This document shows positions 30,063 through 40,555 of a stretch of 64,000 bases of DNA, piece by piece. Position 1 is the stretch's first letter. Each line of letters starts with the position of its first letter. The stretch comes from Candidatus Latescibacterota bacterium (GTDB lineage: Bacteria; Latescibacterota; UBA2968; UBA8231). The stretch spans positions 3,808,001-3,872,000 of the forward strand of contig OZ242005.1 in assembly GCA_965204725.1 (NCBI GenBank), in the 5' to 3' direction. A model generated the notes under the pieces. The model did no database searches. It worked only from the letters and a program-made list of their open reading frames with translations, and was not told the DNA's origin. Position numbers and translations under genes: made by a program.

Positions 30063-33000
30063 TCACTTGACCAGCGATACCTTGCGTTCCTGCACAGTGT
30101 CGCCCGCTCGCAAGCGCACCACATATACCCCACTGGCGAGTTCGCCCGCGTCCCAGCGCACCCGGTAAGCTCCTCGTTTGTGCCACGCCTCGACCAGCTT
30201 TTCCACCCGCTGTCCAGTTGGGCCGAAAACCTCCAGCCGCACCATCCCGGCCCTCCCCACGTTGAAATCGATATGCACCTGACTGTTGAAGGGGTTTGGA
30301 TAGGGCGGATGTAGATCCGTTTTCTGCGGCGTCCGCTCCAAAGCCTGTACGGCGGTAGCGGCCTCCTCCCCCACATACACCTTTACATAGCCGTCCGTGG
30401 TCGTCACCACGATGTCCAGAAAACCGTCCCTATCTACATCGGCCAAGGCAATATCGCTGCTGCGGCCCTCCACCTCTAGCGTCCAAGCCCGGCGCAGGGT
30501 GCCTTCCTCCTGTTCCACGCAGATCAGCTTGGTGCCGCTGCCAAACAGGAACTCGTCGCGCCCATCGCCGTCCACGTCGCCGGAGACCACGTCCGTATAG
30601 GCCCGAACCCCATCGTCGAACTCCAGCAAAACCGCGCCGTCCGTCGCTCGGAAAAGGCGGACGCCCTCGGCCGTGGAAGCGAGTAGTTCCACGGTCCCAT
30701 CGCCATCGCTGTCGCCCACTCCCATCAAGGATTGCACTTCGGTGTTGTTGCGGTACGGGGTCTGCCAGATGCGCTGACCATCGCCGTCCAAAACGGCGTT
30801 CAAATAGCCGCAGTGCCCCCAGAGGAGCTCCGGCCGGCCGTCGCCGAATAAATCGACCACCGCTGGGAACGCATAGCCGACAAAGGAATCGCTCTCAAAC
30901 AGCGGATTGAGTCCGTACCCATAAGCTTGGCGCACCACCTGCGCCGTGCCCGTGACTCCATCGACGATGTGCAGGCGGTCGGGCCACATCACCACGATCT
31001 CCTCTAAGCCATCGCTGTCCACATCCCCGGCCGCGCTGGGATGGCCCCCCAGACTGCGGCCACTGCCGTCCTCGGGCAGGGTGAAACCATTGGATTCCCA
31101 GACGATTTCACCGCTACGCCCGTCGAGCAAAAAGCCCACTTCGCTGCCCAACTTGCCTCGCCGCAGACTGGCGAATACATCCATGTACTCGTTGCTGCGG
31201 AAGTACCCAGCACTCCAGTAGGACAGGCCGCTGAAATTCCATATAGGCATACTGCCGTCAAAGCCGACGAACTCGGTCTGCCAGCGGATGGAACCATCGG
31301 CCGCGAGTGCGACCAAGCTGGCGTTGCCGCTGGCCGCCTCACGCGCCGCCAGTACTTCCCGGCGGCCATCGCCATCCACATCGGCCGCGACCACTCCCCA
31401 GTGGTAAGGCGCGTTGTTGGTTTGGCCGTAGCCCAGCACCTGCCACCGCAGCCGGGGTGCGCCCCCGCCCGCTCCCAGATCCTGTAGGCACAGCACTTCT
31501 CGAGTCGCGGTCTGCACGACCACTTCCATTCGACCATCCCCCTCCAAATCAGCTACTACGGGTGTGCCGGCCGGGGTAAATGCTTGGCGGCTCCACTGGT
31601 GCAACTCACCCGAAGCCCGCTCCAGCACCAGCGTCTGGCCCGGAAGCCCACTCCCTTTGAGATACAGCAAGGCCGCCCCGTTGTCCGCGACCGTGGCCGT
31701 CTCCAAGGTCATCCCGGCCGGACCGCGCACCGACCAGCGCGGCTCGATGCGTCCCGCACGGTCGCTGCCCAAGGCGACCAACACTTCGCCGGCCCCGTCT
31801 GGCGCGAGTGCGAAGAAATCGCGCCGACCATCGCCATCCACATCGCCGGTTGACACCGTGCGCAATCCGTCGGCCGCCCCGGTGCTCACTGTTAGGGGCA
31901 GTTGATTCAGCAGTACCGTACTGAAGCGCCCTCGCTCGTGACTCCAGCGCACGGTTGGCCCCCCCGCCGCCAAGGACCAGACCGCCAGCGGCGCGTAGGT
32001 TGGCAGGGCCTCGCCCGTCGTAGCCGAGACGAACAACTCCAAGCGTCCGTCGCCGTCCACATCGGCCATGCCGTGCAAATGGTGCTGCGGGAAGTCAAAA
32101 CGGGTCTCGCCGCTGAGCGCATCGACGCCGACGACATGCCACTGGCCATCGCCTTGGTCGTTGTAGATGCTGTACACCAGTTCAAAGCGCCCATCGCCAT
32201 CTACATCAACGAGGGCCTGCGGTTTGGGCCGCACCACTTTGGTTGATTGCGATGGGTCGGGCTGAATGTCGCGCAGCCAGCGCAGGGTCAATTCCGTCCC
32301 GTCATTGTCAATGACCTCGGCGTGCATGCTGAAATCAGCCACCACGCCAAATTCGGGATATGGATCGTCGTCGATGTTGGCGGCCCCGAACCAGCCGTAG
32401 TTGCGGTACCCGTGGTACTGCAACTGCATTTTGGTTTCCCCGGTGACCCCGTCGAAGACGAGGATGCGATAATGGGTGGCCACGACGATATCGAGCTGGC
32501 CATCTGCATCGACATCGACCACTAAGACATTGGGGTCCCAAGTGTTGGTAAAGAACTCGGTCTCCCAGACTACCCGGGCCTCGCCGTTGTTGTATGCGAG
32601 CAGCCTGCCTTGCTTGGGATCGGCCCCGCCGTCGCTAAAGGAATTTCCCATCTCAAAGCGCTGCAAGCCCGCCGCCCCGGGCAGGATCTGAGCCACCTTG
32701 AAGACGTTGTCCAGCGGCATAGCCACCTCGACGACGCCGAGGTCAAAAATCGGTGGCCCAACCCCCCAATCCCGCCCGTGGCTGCCGATGTAATTAGGAG
32801 CTACCGGGGCGGCAAAGGGTAAGGCCACCGAGGCGTCGCCCTTGTGAGCGGCCACTTCCACATAGCCCTCCCAAGCGGCGATGTCGTAGCACCAGCGCTC
32901 TTGCGGCGGGCCGTGCATTTGACCGACCCCCGAGGCTTGGCCGCTCATAAAGCGGTCGCCGCGCAGTTGCAGCCACTCGCTCGTTTGCCCGGGCGTCCAT

Positions 33001-33065
33001 CCCGCCAGTAGCAGCAAAACCATTGCCGACGCATTTGCTCTACTGTCTTTGGGAAAGCCTATCAT
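30063..33065 (-). CDS. FG-GAP/VCBS-repeat secreted protein with C-terminal PNPFN (T9SS-A/FlgD-like) tail
   Basis: Many D(V/L)DGDG..E repeats; C-terminal PYPNPFN...WDA..LASGVY..RL; start uncertain. Confidence 0.8.
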   Translation of the reverse strand: MIGFPKDSRANASAMVLLLLAGWTPGQTSEWLQLRGDRFMSGQASGVGQMHGPPQERWCYDIAAWEGYVEVAAHKGDASVALPFAAPVAPNYIGSHGRDWGVGPPIFDLGVVEVAMPLDNVFKVAQILPGAAGLQRFEMGNSFSDGGADPKQGRLLAYNNGEARVVWETEFFTNTWDPNVLVVDVDADGQLDIVVATHYRILVFDGVTGETKMQLQYHGYRNYGWFGAANIDDDPYPEFGVVADFSMHAEVIDNDGTELTLRWLRDIQPDPSQSTKVVRPKPQALVDVDGDGRFELVYSIYNDQGDGQWHVVGVDALSGETRFDFPQHHLHGMADVDGDGRLELFVSATTGEALPTYAPLAVWSLAAGGPTVRWSHERGRFSTVLLNQLPLTVSTGAADGLRTVSTGDVDGDGRRDFFALAPDGAGEVLVALGSDRAGRIEPRWSVRGPAGMTLETATVADNGAALLYLKGSGLPGQTLVLERASGELHQWSRQAFTPAGTPVVADLEGDGRMEVVVQTATREVLCLQDLGAGGGAPRLRWQVLGYGQTNNAPYHWGVVAADVDGDGRREVLAAREAASGNASLVALAADGSIRWQTEFVGFDGSMPIWNFSGLSYWSAGYFRSNEYMDVFASLRRGKLGSEVGFLLDGRSGEIVWESNGFTLPEDGSGRSLGGHPSAAGDVDSDGLEEIVVMWPDRLHIVDGVTGTAQVVRQAYGYGLNPLFESDSFVGYAFPAVVDLFGDGRPELLWGHCGYLNAVLDGDGQRIWQTPYRNNTEVQSLMGVGDSDGDGTVELLASTAEGVRLFRATDGAVLLEFDDGVRAYTDVVSGDVDGDGRDEFLFGSGTKLICVEQEEGTLRRAWTLEVEGRSSDIALADVDRDGFLDIVVTTTDGYVKVYVGEEAATAVQALERTPQKTDLHPPYPNPFNSQVHIDFNVGRAGMVRLEVFGPTGQRVEKLVEAWHKRGAYRVRWDAGELASGVYVVRLRAGDTVQERKVSLVK

Positions 33066-33090
33066 TGGGCATGCCGCTGCGGAGGGGTAG

Positions 33091-34263
33091 TTATAGCGGC
33101 CTATCGGCATTGACCTCGGCCGCGTAGTTGATGCCCGCAAAGCCAAAGCCGAAAAGCCCCAGAAACTCCGTGCGATAACTCTCGATGTCCGACAGAGCTT
33201 TGAGGTTGTCGGTGTTGACTTGCTCCCACAGTGCCGCGACTTCCCGCTGCACATCCTCGCGCATTTCGCGGTCGTCAATGCGGATGCGCCCCTCGGAGTC
33301 GGATTCGGCATCTGCATAGAGGCGATCGGCGAAGAGGCGGTGCATCTGCTCGATGCAGCTTTCGTGGCAGCCTTTTTCCTTCATCACCTTGTACAGCAGC
33401 GAGATATAGAGCGGCACGACGGGGATGGCGGCACTCGATTGGGTCACCATGGCCTTGTTGACGGAGATGTGGGCACGACCGCTTTTGGCTTGCAGACGTT
33501 TGTCGAGTGCCTCGGCCGTCTTTTCTAGGTGGTTCTTAGCTTGGCCGATGGTCCCATCGCGATAGACCGGGTGAGTAACCTCTGGGCCGATATAGGTGTA
33601 AGCGACCGTGCGAACGCCGTCGGCGAGCACACCCGCCTCGTCGAGGGCTTCGATCCACATCTGCCAGTCTTCCCCGCCCATGACCGCGATGGTATGGGCG
33701 ATCTCTTCTGCGCTCGCCGGGTCAATGGCAATGTCGGAGACCTCGCCGGTTTGGACGTGGACGGTCTTGCTGGTATAGGAGTGGCCGATGGGCTTGAGGA
33801 CGGAGCTGAAGTTTTCGCCGGTGCGCGGGTGAGTCCGCCGCGGCGAAGCTAAGCTGTAAACGACCAAGTCAACTTCTTGCAGGTCCTCGCGGATGGCGGC
33901 GATGGTCGCGGCCTTGATCTCGTCGGAGAAGGCATCGCCGTTGATGCTGCGGGCGTAGTGCCCAGCGTTGCGTGCGGCCTCGTGAAAGGCCGCGCTATTG
34001 TACCACCCGGCCGTTGCCGTGCGGTTGCCGGCCGCTGGTCGCTCAAAGAAGATCCCGAGCGTGGCCGCCCCCGCGCCAAAGCAGGTGGCGATGCGCGATG
34101 CAAGCCCGTAGCCGGTGGAAGCGCCGACGACGAGGACTTTTTTGGGGCCGTTGAAGGGGGGGTGGCGTTTGACCGAGTCGATCTGGTCTTGGATGGCGCG
34201 AGCGCAGCCGTCGGGATGGGCCGTAGTGCATATAAAGCCGCGAACTTTGGGTCGGATGATCAT
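33091..34263 (-). CDS. fabV: Enoyl-ACP reductase FabV / trans-2-enoyl-CoA reductase
   Basis: MIIRPKVRGFICTTAHP, GASTGYGLA, YSLASPRR, VMGGEDW, Y..GTIGQAK, FGF. Confidence 0.93.
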   Translation of the reverse strand: MIIRPKVRGFICTTAHPDGCARAIQDQIDSVKRHPPFNGPKKVLVVGASTGYGLASRIATCFGAGAATLGIFFERPAAGNRTATAGWYNSAAFHEAARNAGHYARSINGDAFSDEIKAATIAAIREDLQEVDLVVYSLASPRRTHPRTGENFSSVLKPIGHSYTSKTVHVQTGEVSDIAIDPASAEEIAHTIAVMGGEDWQMWIEALDEAGVLADGVRTVAYTYIGPEVTHPVYRDGTIGQAKNHLEKTAEALDKRLQAKSGRAHISVNKAMVTQSSAAIPVVPLYISLLYKVMKEKGCHESCIEQMHRLFADRLYADAESDSEGRIRIDDREMREDVQREVAALWEQVNTDNLKALSDIESYRTEFLGLFGFGFAGINYAAEVNADRPL

Positions 34264-34286
34264 GGGATTTCCTTGGTTGAGTAAGC

Positions 34287-36887
34287 CTAGAAGTTGTAGC
34301 TGTACTTTGTGTACCAGAATGCGCCGCCAAAGCCATAAGGGCTGTACTCGCCGAAAGGCCGGCCGACTACAGGCCCCCAATCAGGCCCATCCGTGAGATT
34401 GTCCGGCTCGACATTGAGGAGGTTTTGGACGCCAATAGCGACCGTCGATTGAGGATCTAGCGAGAAGCTGGTCTCGAGGTCGAGCAAAAGGGCGTGACCA
34501 AAGACTTGGGCCGCGGGCCCGAAAGCCCACTCACTCCAAGACTCGTAAAAACTGACGCGCCCGAGGGCAGCCAAATTATCGCTCAGGGCTTGGGTCAGGG
34601 TCAAGTTCCAGCGGTGTCTGGGAAGCCCCTTCTCCAACAGCGTGATGCGTTGGTCGTCGAGCAGGAGCGTATCGTACTGGGTAACTTCGGTGCTCGTGAA
34701 GTTATACGTGTAGCTCAGTTCACCCGCAGCCACGGGAGCCGTGACAACCAAGTCGATGCCTTGGGTGTGCGTTGCAAAGTCGTTGGTGAAAAAGCGAAAC
34801 TCCTGTAGGTTGCGTGCGTTTATGCCCGTAGCCTCCAACTGTTCGATCTGTCCCTCCGTAAGCTGCTTGTCGCTGGAGACCGTCATGCGATCCTCCACCT
34901 CGATGTTGAAGTAGTCGATCGTTAGGCTCAGCGCGTCACTACCCACAACAGCACCCACCGTGAAGTTCTTCGACTTTTCAGGCTCGAGCCCCTTGCCGCC
35001 GACCAGTTCGGCCGCTGAATGCGTGGAAGGAATCGTGCCCTTATTGACCAGTATGAAATTGCCCTCGCTGTCTTCGCCGAATTCGGTCGTCACGTTAAAG
35101 GCGTTTTGCTGGCCGGGGGTCGGTGCCCTAAAGCCGGTGCTGTAGCTGCCGCGCACCTTCAGTTGGTCGGTAAAGCCGTAGTTGGTCGCCAACTTGTAGT
35201 TGGTGGTGCCGCCAAAGTCGTCGAAGTTTTCATAGCGCAACGCACCGGCCAGCAACCAGTTTTCAAGTGGGTAGAGCTCGGCCTCGACATAGAAGGCAGA
35301 ATTGGAGCGGCTCCAAGTGCCGGCCGCAATGGCGGGGAATCCGGGAAAACCATTAGACCCCGAGCTGAAGCCCTGCTCGGCTAGCGGGCCGATTTGCCAA
35401 GACGTGCTGTCGCCCGTCGCGATTTCAAACTCTTCGGTGCGATACTCGGCACCCGCAGCGAGGAACAACTGGTCGTTGATCGGGAGGGTAAAATCGAGGT
35501 TCAAGTTGGTATCCGTCTGGATGTAGTCTCCCGGATCGAACGACGTCGGCGAGTCAGGCCCCAGCGAGGCGTTTACGGTATTGAAAATGAAGAAGTCGGA
35601 GTGATGGCGGCCATAGGAGGCACTTAGATCCCAAGTAATCGTCGGGTTGGGAACCGTTCCTTGAATGCCCAACAAAACGGCGCGATCGGTGGTGTTGCCG
35701 CCAAAGCGAGGCGTGAAGCCTCCCGGTCTGCCGGGGAAACCGCCCTGTGCTTCCCGGAAGGTGAAACAATTGTCGTCGGCAAAAACCTGCTTTAGGAGGT
35801 CGGGGTCCGGCACGTTGTCGATTATGGGCACCGTGGGACAATCGTCCCCCTCGCCCACGCCATCCAGATCGCCTACAAGCAAGGTGTTACCTTCGTCAAT
35901 ACTAAACACGGCCGGCCGCGTATTGGGGTTGCGGAAGTAGAACCCGCCTTCCACCTCCTTGCTGGCATAGTTGGCGTGCCCATACAGCCCGAGGTTGTCG
36001 TTGAGATTCGCGCCGTAGTTGGCGAAGAACTTTATGTCGTTCCTGATGATAGGTTGACCCCAAGGTTGGGCCGGGTCGGCCACGTCGGCATTGCCGGCCT
36101 CTATCAGAGCCGCGGCATCCGCTCGTTGCACGGACCGGTCGGTCTCATCGGCGTTGCCGTACTCTAGGCTGAGGTTGGCCCAAGCATTTTCGCTGCCCAA
36201 GCCGATATTGCCCGCGGCGCTGTAGGTGAAACCATCGCCCGCTTGAAAAATACCGGGCTTAATCTGAAAAGAAGCTCCTTCAGAATGGTCCTTGAGCTGA
36301 AAGTTCAGCACCCCGGCAATGGCGTCGGAGCCGTACTGGGCCGAGGCCCCGTCGCGCAGCACTTCCACCCGCTTGAGGGCAATGGCCGGGATCGGGGAGA
36401 TGTCTGGCCCCTGCGCTGCATCGGAGTAGCCATTACCCAGCCAGTAGATCACAGAGGCGCGGTGGCGGCGCTTGCCATTGACCAGCACGAGCGCATGGTC
36501 CGGTGCCAGTCCCCGCAGATTGGGGGGACGGACGACGGTGGCCGCATCGCTGATCGGCTGGAGCGCGATGTTGTAGGAAGGGACGACGTTTCTCAGCAGG
36601 TCTGGCAGGTCTGTGCCGCCTTGCTTGACGAAATGTTCGCCGCGAACTACGTCGACCGGCACGGCCGAATCCGTCACCGAGCGCGGTTGCCGCGCCCCGG
36701 TCACGACCTGCTCTTCAAGCTCTACTACCCCTTCGAGCATTGCCTCTTCGGCCGGGGCTACCTCCTCTGCTGCGGTCGTATCCTCCTCGGCCACAGCGTT
36801 GAGGGAAAGGGACACAGCGATGCCGAGCGCGAGGGCTGTCGGCTTAAAGAGAGACTTCCGTAGCGTAGCGAGTATATGCAGAGTCAT
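34287..36887 (-). CDS. TonB-dependent receptor
   Basis: Signal peptide, VVTGAR, LRGL, LVNGKRR, RVEVLRDGASAQYGSDAIAGVLN, GFRAP, PEKS, C-terminal YNF. Confidence 0.93.
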   Translation of the reverse strand: MTLHILATLRKSLFKPTALALGIAVSLSLNAVAEEDTTAAEEVAPAEEAMLEGVVELEEQVVTGARQPRSVTDSAVPVDVVRGEHFVKQGGTDLPDLLRNVVPSYNIALQPISDAATVVRPPNLRGLAPDHALVLVNGKRRHRASVIYWLGNGYSDAAQGPDISPIPAIALKRVEVLRDGASAQYGSDAIAGVLNFQLKDHSEGASFQIKPGIFQAGDGFTYSAAGNIGLGSENAWANLSLEYGNADETDRSVQRADAAALIEAGNADVADPAQPWGQPIIRNDIKFFANYGANLNDNLGLYGHANYASKEVEGGFYFRNPNTRPAVFSIDEGNTLLVGDLDGVGEGDDCPTVPIIDNVPDPDLLKQVFADDNCFTFREAQGGFPGRPGGFTPRFGGNTTDRAVLLGIQGTVPNPTITWDLSASYGRHHSDFFIFNTVNASLGPDSPTSFDPGDYIQTDTNLNLDFTLPINDQLFLAAGAEYRTEEFEIATGDSTSWQIGPLAEQGFSSGSNGFPGFPAIAAGTWSRSNSAFYVEAELYPLENWLLAGALRYENFDDFGGTTNYKLATNYGFTDQLKVRGSYSTGFRAPTPGQQNAFNVTTEFGEDSEGNFILVNKGTIPSTHSAAELVGGKGLEPEKSKNFTVGAVVGSDALSLTIDYFNIEVEDRMTVSSDKQLTEGQIEQLEATGINARNLQEFRFFTNDFATHTQGIDLVVTAPVAAGELSYTYNFTSTEVTQYDTLLLDDQRITLLEKGLPRHRWNLTLTQALSDNLAALGRVSFYESWSEWAFGPAAQVFGHALLLDLETSFSLDPQSTVAIGVQNLLNVEPDNLTDGPDWGPVVGRPFGEYSPYGFGGAFWYTKYSYNF

Positions 36888-36931
36888 TTTGACCTCCTTA
36901 GAATGGGTGGAACTTCCCGCCTAGTATTATG

Positions 36932-36962
36932 GACCACGGTCAAATACTAGCACCATTAGTTA
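36932..36962. repeat. Orphan fragment of the IS982-like end
   Basis: GACCACGGTCAAATACTAGCACCATTAGTTA matches 17263-17293 at 30 of 31 positions. Confidence 0.8.
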
Positions 36963-37021
36963 ATAACTTCCATGTAAATATAACATGGAAATTTCAGAAA
37001 TTCAGCAGTGTTCTCGCTGTT

Positions 37022-38305
37022 TTACTCCCGCACGAACTTCGGCCCACCGGCGCCGTCGTTGACCACGTAGCTGCGCGCTGGAATCGCCGCTTGGTCGGGA
37101 ATGACCAAATCCAGCGGCGACGCGTTCTCAATGACCGTGCCGGCCCCCACCCGCACTCCGGCCCCCAATTTAATCGCTCCGGGCCGCACCTCCCCCGCCC
37201 TGAGCGTACCGATAGAGACCGACACGCCGATCCGACAATCCGGGCCGATTGCGACGATGCCGTTGATTTCGGTGTTGGCCCCAATCGCCGTGCGGTCGCC
37301 CACCTGCACGGGGCCGAAAATCCCGGCATCCGTACCGATAAACACATAGTCGCCGATGGTGGGATGGCGCTGCTGCACCTTGCCGCTGAGGCCGCCCAAA
37401 GTACACGGATAGATATGGCAGCCGTTGCCAATGATACCGGTCTGGCCGGTGGTTATGCCGCGATGGGGATGGTCGAGGAAGTTGGCGTCGCCCATTTGCG
37501 TTTCGGGATGGATGTCGGCTTGATAGTAGCGCCCCCCCAACTCGGCAATGGCCCGCGGCAGCAGGGGCACCGGCCGCCGCGTCAGCCCGGATTCGCCCTG
37601 CACAGGGCCGGAGCGCGTTAGGGCGTGGGCAATATCGTGGTAGAACAGCACTCGCCAGCCCGGATAGGTACTCATCACGAGCTGCATTTGGTAGTCGAAA
37701 ATAAAGTCGCACTCCAGCGCGTCGAGAAAGCGGCGATAGTGGTCGAAGTCGCGGCGGCGAATGGTCTCGTCCAAGGCGGCCCGGAAGTCGATCTTGAGCA
37801 ACTGCTCCTGATTCAACCCGCAGTTGTCGAGCAAATAGGCGTCCCAAACGGCCGGATCCCTCAGCGCGGCAAAGCGGTTCCAGTGGGCGCGGGTCTTGTA
37901 GGCGGGCAATTCCCACAGCAAGCAGCAGGTGTTCATCAGGGCCTTCTCCTCGGCTCCTTCGCTCTCGCCGACCGCCAAAAGCGACTGGGCGATCATCGCG
38001 TAGAGCTGGTCGGCAATCTCGCCGATGGCCTCGTCGAGCGACGGCTTTTGCGGCCTCGCCCCCAAGGCGTTGTGCGACCCCGGGGCGACGCATTCGAGCA
38101 AGTTGCCCAACACCGTTTCGAGCAGGTCGCGATTGACAAACCCGCGCCCAGAACGCTGCGAGAGAATGTCCCGATCCACCGCGTCAATGCGGAGCGCGGC
38201 GACCTCCTCCGAAGTGTAGATCGGGATCAGCCGCTCTAGCAGCCGCTCTAGCAACGCCCACTTGCGGCGTTGATACGAAGTGTTAAAAAGCGTGGAATTG
38301 TTCAT
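37022..38305 (-). CDS. Serine O-acetyltransferase-like hexapeptide-repeat protein with long N-terminal extension
   Basis: ADIHP, FLDH, TLGG, RHPTIGD.V.IG; start at MNNSTL. Confidence 0.75.
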   Translation of the reverse strand: MNNSTLFNTSYQRRKWALLERLLERLIPIYTSEEVAALRIDAVDRDILSQRSGRGFVNRDLLETVLGNLLECVAPGSHNALGARPQKPSLDEAIGEIADQLYAMIAQSLLAVGESEGAEEKALMNTCCLLWELPAYKTRAHWNRFAALRDPAVWDAYLLDNCGLNQEQLLKIDFRAALDETIRRRDFDHYRRFLDALECDFIFDYQMQLVMSTYPGWRVLFYHDIAHALTRSGPVQGESGLTRRPVPLLPRAIAELGGRYYQADIHPETQMGDANFLDHPHRGITTGQTGIIGNGCHIYPCTLGGLSGKVQQRHPTIGDYVFIGTDAGIFGPVQVGDRTAIGANTEINGIVAIGPDCRIGVSVSIGTLRAGEVRPGAIKLGAGVRVGAGTVIENASPLDLVIPDQAAIPARSYVVNDGAGGPKFVRE

Positions 38306-38396
38306 CGGTTGCTCCCCATTCTTCCTCCTCATACCTTCTAACGAAACTTACGGAACGCACGTCGGGTTGCAACCCGGCTCATCACAGGGAGAAACC

Positions 38397-39182
38397 ATGC
38401 ACCCGTTTGAATCGCTGATAGTACCCGAAGGCGCGGTCGGCCTCCACTGGTTTGGCCAGAGCACGTTTGGCCTCAAGGACGCGCCGGGGACCATCGTCCA
38501 AGTCGATCCCTACTACCCCCGCGAGCGGCCCGCCGACCGCTTCATCCACGCCCGGCCCCCGCTCCACGAGGCGTCCCTGCACACGGATTTTGTGCTCCTG
38601 ACCCACGACCACGGCGACCACACGTGTCCAGAGTCCATTGCGCGCATTGCCGCGGCCTATCCCGCCGTGCAGATCGTCGGTCCGGCCGAGAGCATCGAGC
38701 GCGTCCGCGCCGCGAGCATTGCCGCCGCAACAACGACGGTTGCCGCCGGCGACGCAGCCGAGTTGGGCACGATGACGGCTCACGCCGTGTACGCCAAGCC
38801 CCCCGAGGGCCTGCCTAGCGACGACATCGCCCCACCCGATGTGACCCACCTCGGCTACGTGCTAGAGGCCAGTGGGGTGCGCGTGTACATCTCCGGCGAC
38901 CCGGTCAACACGTTTGCCGAGCACGAAGCCCTCCTCGCGCCCATCCGCGCCCTAGCACCCGACATCGGGCTGCTGACCAATCACCCCAGCGAAGGGGAAT
39001 TTCCCTTCTTTGCCGGCTCGGCCAAAATGGCCGCAGCGCTCGGCCTCCAAGCCGCGGTGCCGGCCCATTACGCCTGCTTTGTCGCGCGCAACTACGATCC
39101 CCAACAATGGGCGGCCGCGCTCGCCGGGGTCGAGCCGTTGATCATCCCGTACAACCAATCCGCAGTCTATGCGCCCGGCTAG
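38397..39182 (+). CDS. MBL-fold metallo-hydrolase (UlaG-like)
   Basis: WFGQS, VDPY, THDHGDH, YISGD, VPAHY; GGGAG RBS. Confidence 0.85.
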   Translation: MHPFESLIVPEGAVGLHWFGQSTFGLKDAPGTIVQVDPYYPRERPADRFIHARPPLHEASLHTDFVLLTHDHGDHTCPESIARIAAAYPAVQIVGPAESIERVRAASIAAATTTVAAGDAAELGTMTAHAVYAKPPEGLPSDDIAPPDVTHLGYVLEASGVRVYISGDPVNTFAEHEALLAPIRALAPDIGLLTNHPSEGEFPFFAGSAKMAAALGLQAAVPAHYACFVARNYDPQQWAAALAGVEPLIIPYNQSAVYAPG

Positions 39183-39299
39183 CGCACCGGGGCCGGGCAA
39201 CCGCAAAAATCGACTTTGGCCGAAGTGCCGGCGCATTGCCAAATTTTGGGCGCGTAAGGGCGTCCGGCAGCACACCAAATACAAGCCCTACCAACGTGC

Positions 39300-40555
39300 T
39301 TGGGGTTTGGCGAAAATCCGCTACTCAAGGCAGTACAGGGCCGCGCAAACGGCGAAATTCGTTCAATCCCTCAGAGCGACAACACCCAACGTGCGATCCT
39401 TGAGCACGTCCCTAGCGGTTGCCGCGTCCGCTGTATCGCCAGCGACCCCCGGCGGGCGCACGGGTTGCGGCCAAGCCTTGTAATCGCGGACGAACCGGCC
39501 CAATGACCGCAATCGACTGCGGACGCCGTGTATGCCGCTCTGAGTACGGCGTTGGGCAAGGTCCCTAACTCAAGGCTCGTGGCTATTGGCACACGTAGCG
39601 CGGATAGCGGCCATTGGTTTGAACGGCTATTGAAGGACGCCGACTTCTCGCTGTGCCATGCAGCGGACGCCGAAGATGACCCCTTTGACGAATCGACGTG
39701 GCTAAAGGCATGTCCTCAGTTGAAACGCTTGCCCCATCTACTCAAGGCGTTCCGGGAGGAAGCACGAGCGGCCCAACGTGATCCGGCCTTGCTTGCCCAA
39801 TTCAAGGCGTTGCGCTTGAACATGGGCGTCAGCGACGTGGTCGTCCTCTACTTGGTAACTCCTGACGAATGGTTGGCCGTAGAGGACGAAGTAACGACAA
39901 GCGCGAACAAGACCGGCCCTTGTGTTTGGGGCATTGACTTAGGGGCAACTGCGGCAATGAGCGCCGTTGCCGCATACTACCCGGAAACGGGGCGCATGGA
40001 CGCCATCGCAGCATTCCCCAATGACCCGCCGTTGGGCGTCCGGGAGCGTTTCGATGGCGTAAAACCGGGCTTGTATCAGAATATGGCGGATCGCGCCGAA
40101 TTGCTCCTGTTGGGTGACAAGGTGGTTCCGGTTGGGCAACTACTGAACGCCGCGCAACAGCGGTTGGGCTACCCGGACGCCATCGCTTGCGATAGATGGC
40201 GGTTGGGCGAACTAGAGGACGCTATGACGGACGCCGCACTCCTTGCCCCCGTCCAAGCGCGGGGCATGGGCTTTAGGGATGGGAGCGAAGACGTGCGCTT
40301 GTTCAAGACGGCCCTACTATGAAGGGCGCGTAACCCCCGTCCGCTCGCTCCTGCTGCGTTCCGCAGTTTCAGAAACAACGGCTCGTGCAAGACCCGGCGG
40401 GCAATGCGAAGATCGCAAAAAGCGGCGAGGGTGCTAGACGGCGCTATGGCCGCGACGACCCGGCCGTAGCCGGTGTGCTTGCTGTTGCCCTCGCTGAACG
40501 AATGCCGAAGAAGGTGGCCGTAGCGTTTGACCATATTCCGCTTGACCAGCTTTGA
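39300..40555 (+). pseudogene. Phage terminase large subunit, N-terminally truncated, with nonsense codon and frameshifts
   Basis: AHGLRPSLVIADEPAQ*(TGA 39504-39506), then in-frame ...GIDLG..., CDRWR; frameshifts near 40320 and 40390 lead to DPAGNAKI...GRDDPAVA. Confidence 0.8.

Noticed and set aside
37022-38305. CysE-like gene as cysteine supplier belonging to the PT system
   Set aside because: About 8 kb away, host-like composition, separated by unrelated genes
39504-39506. In-frame TGA in terminase at an expected Trp position (possible stop-codon recoding)
   Set aside because: The same gene has frameshifts and lacks its N-terminus, and the neighbouring HNH gene ends in TGA; a TGG>TGA nonsense mutation is simpler
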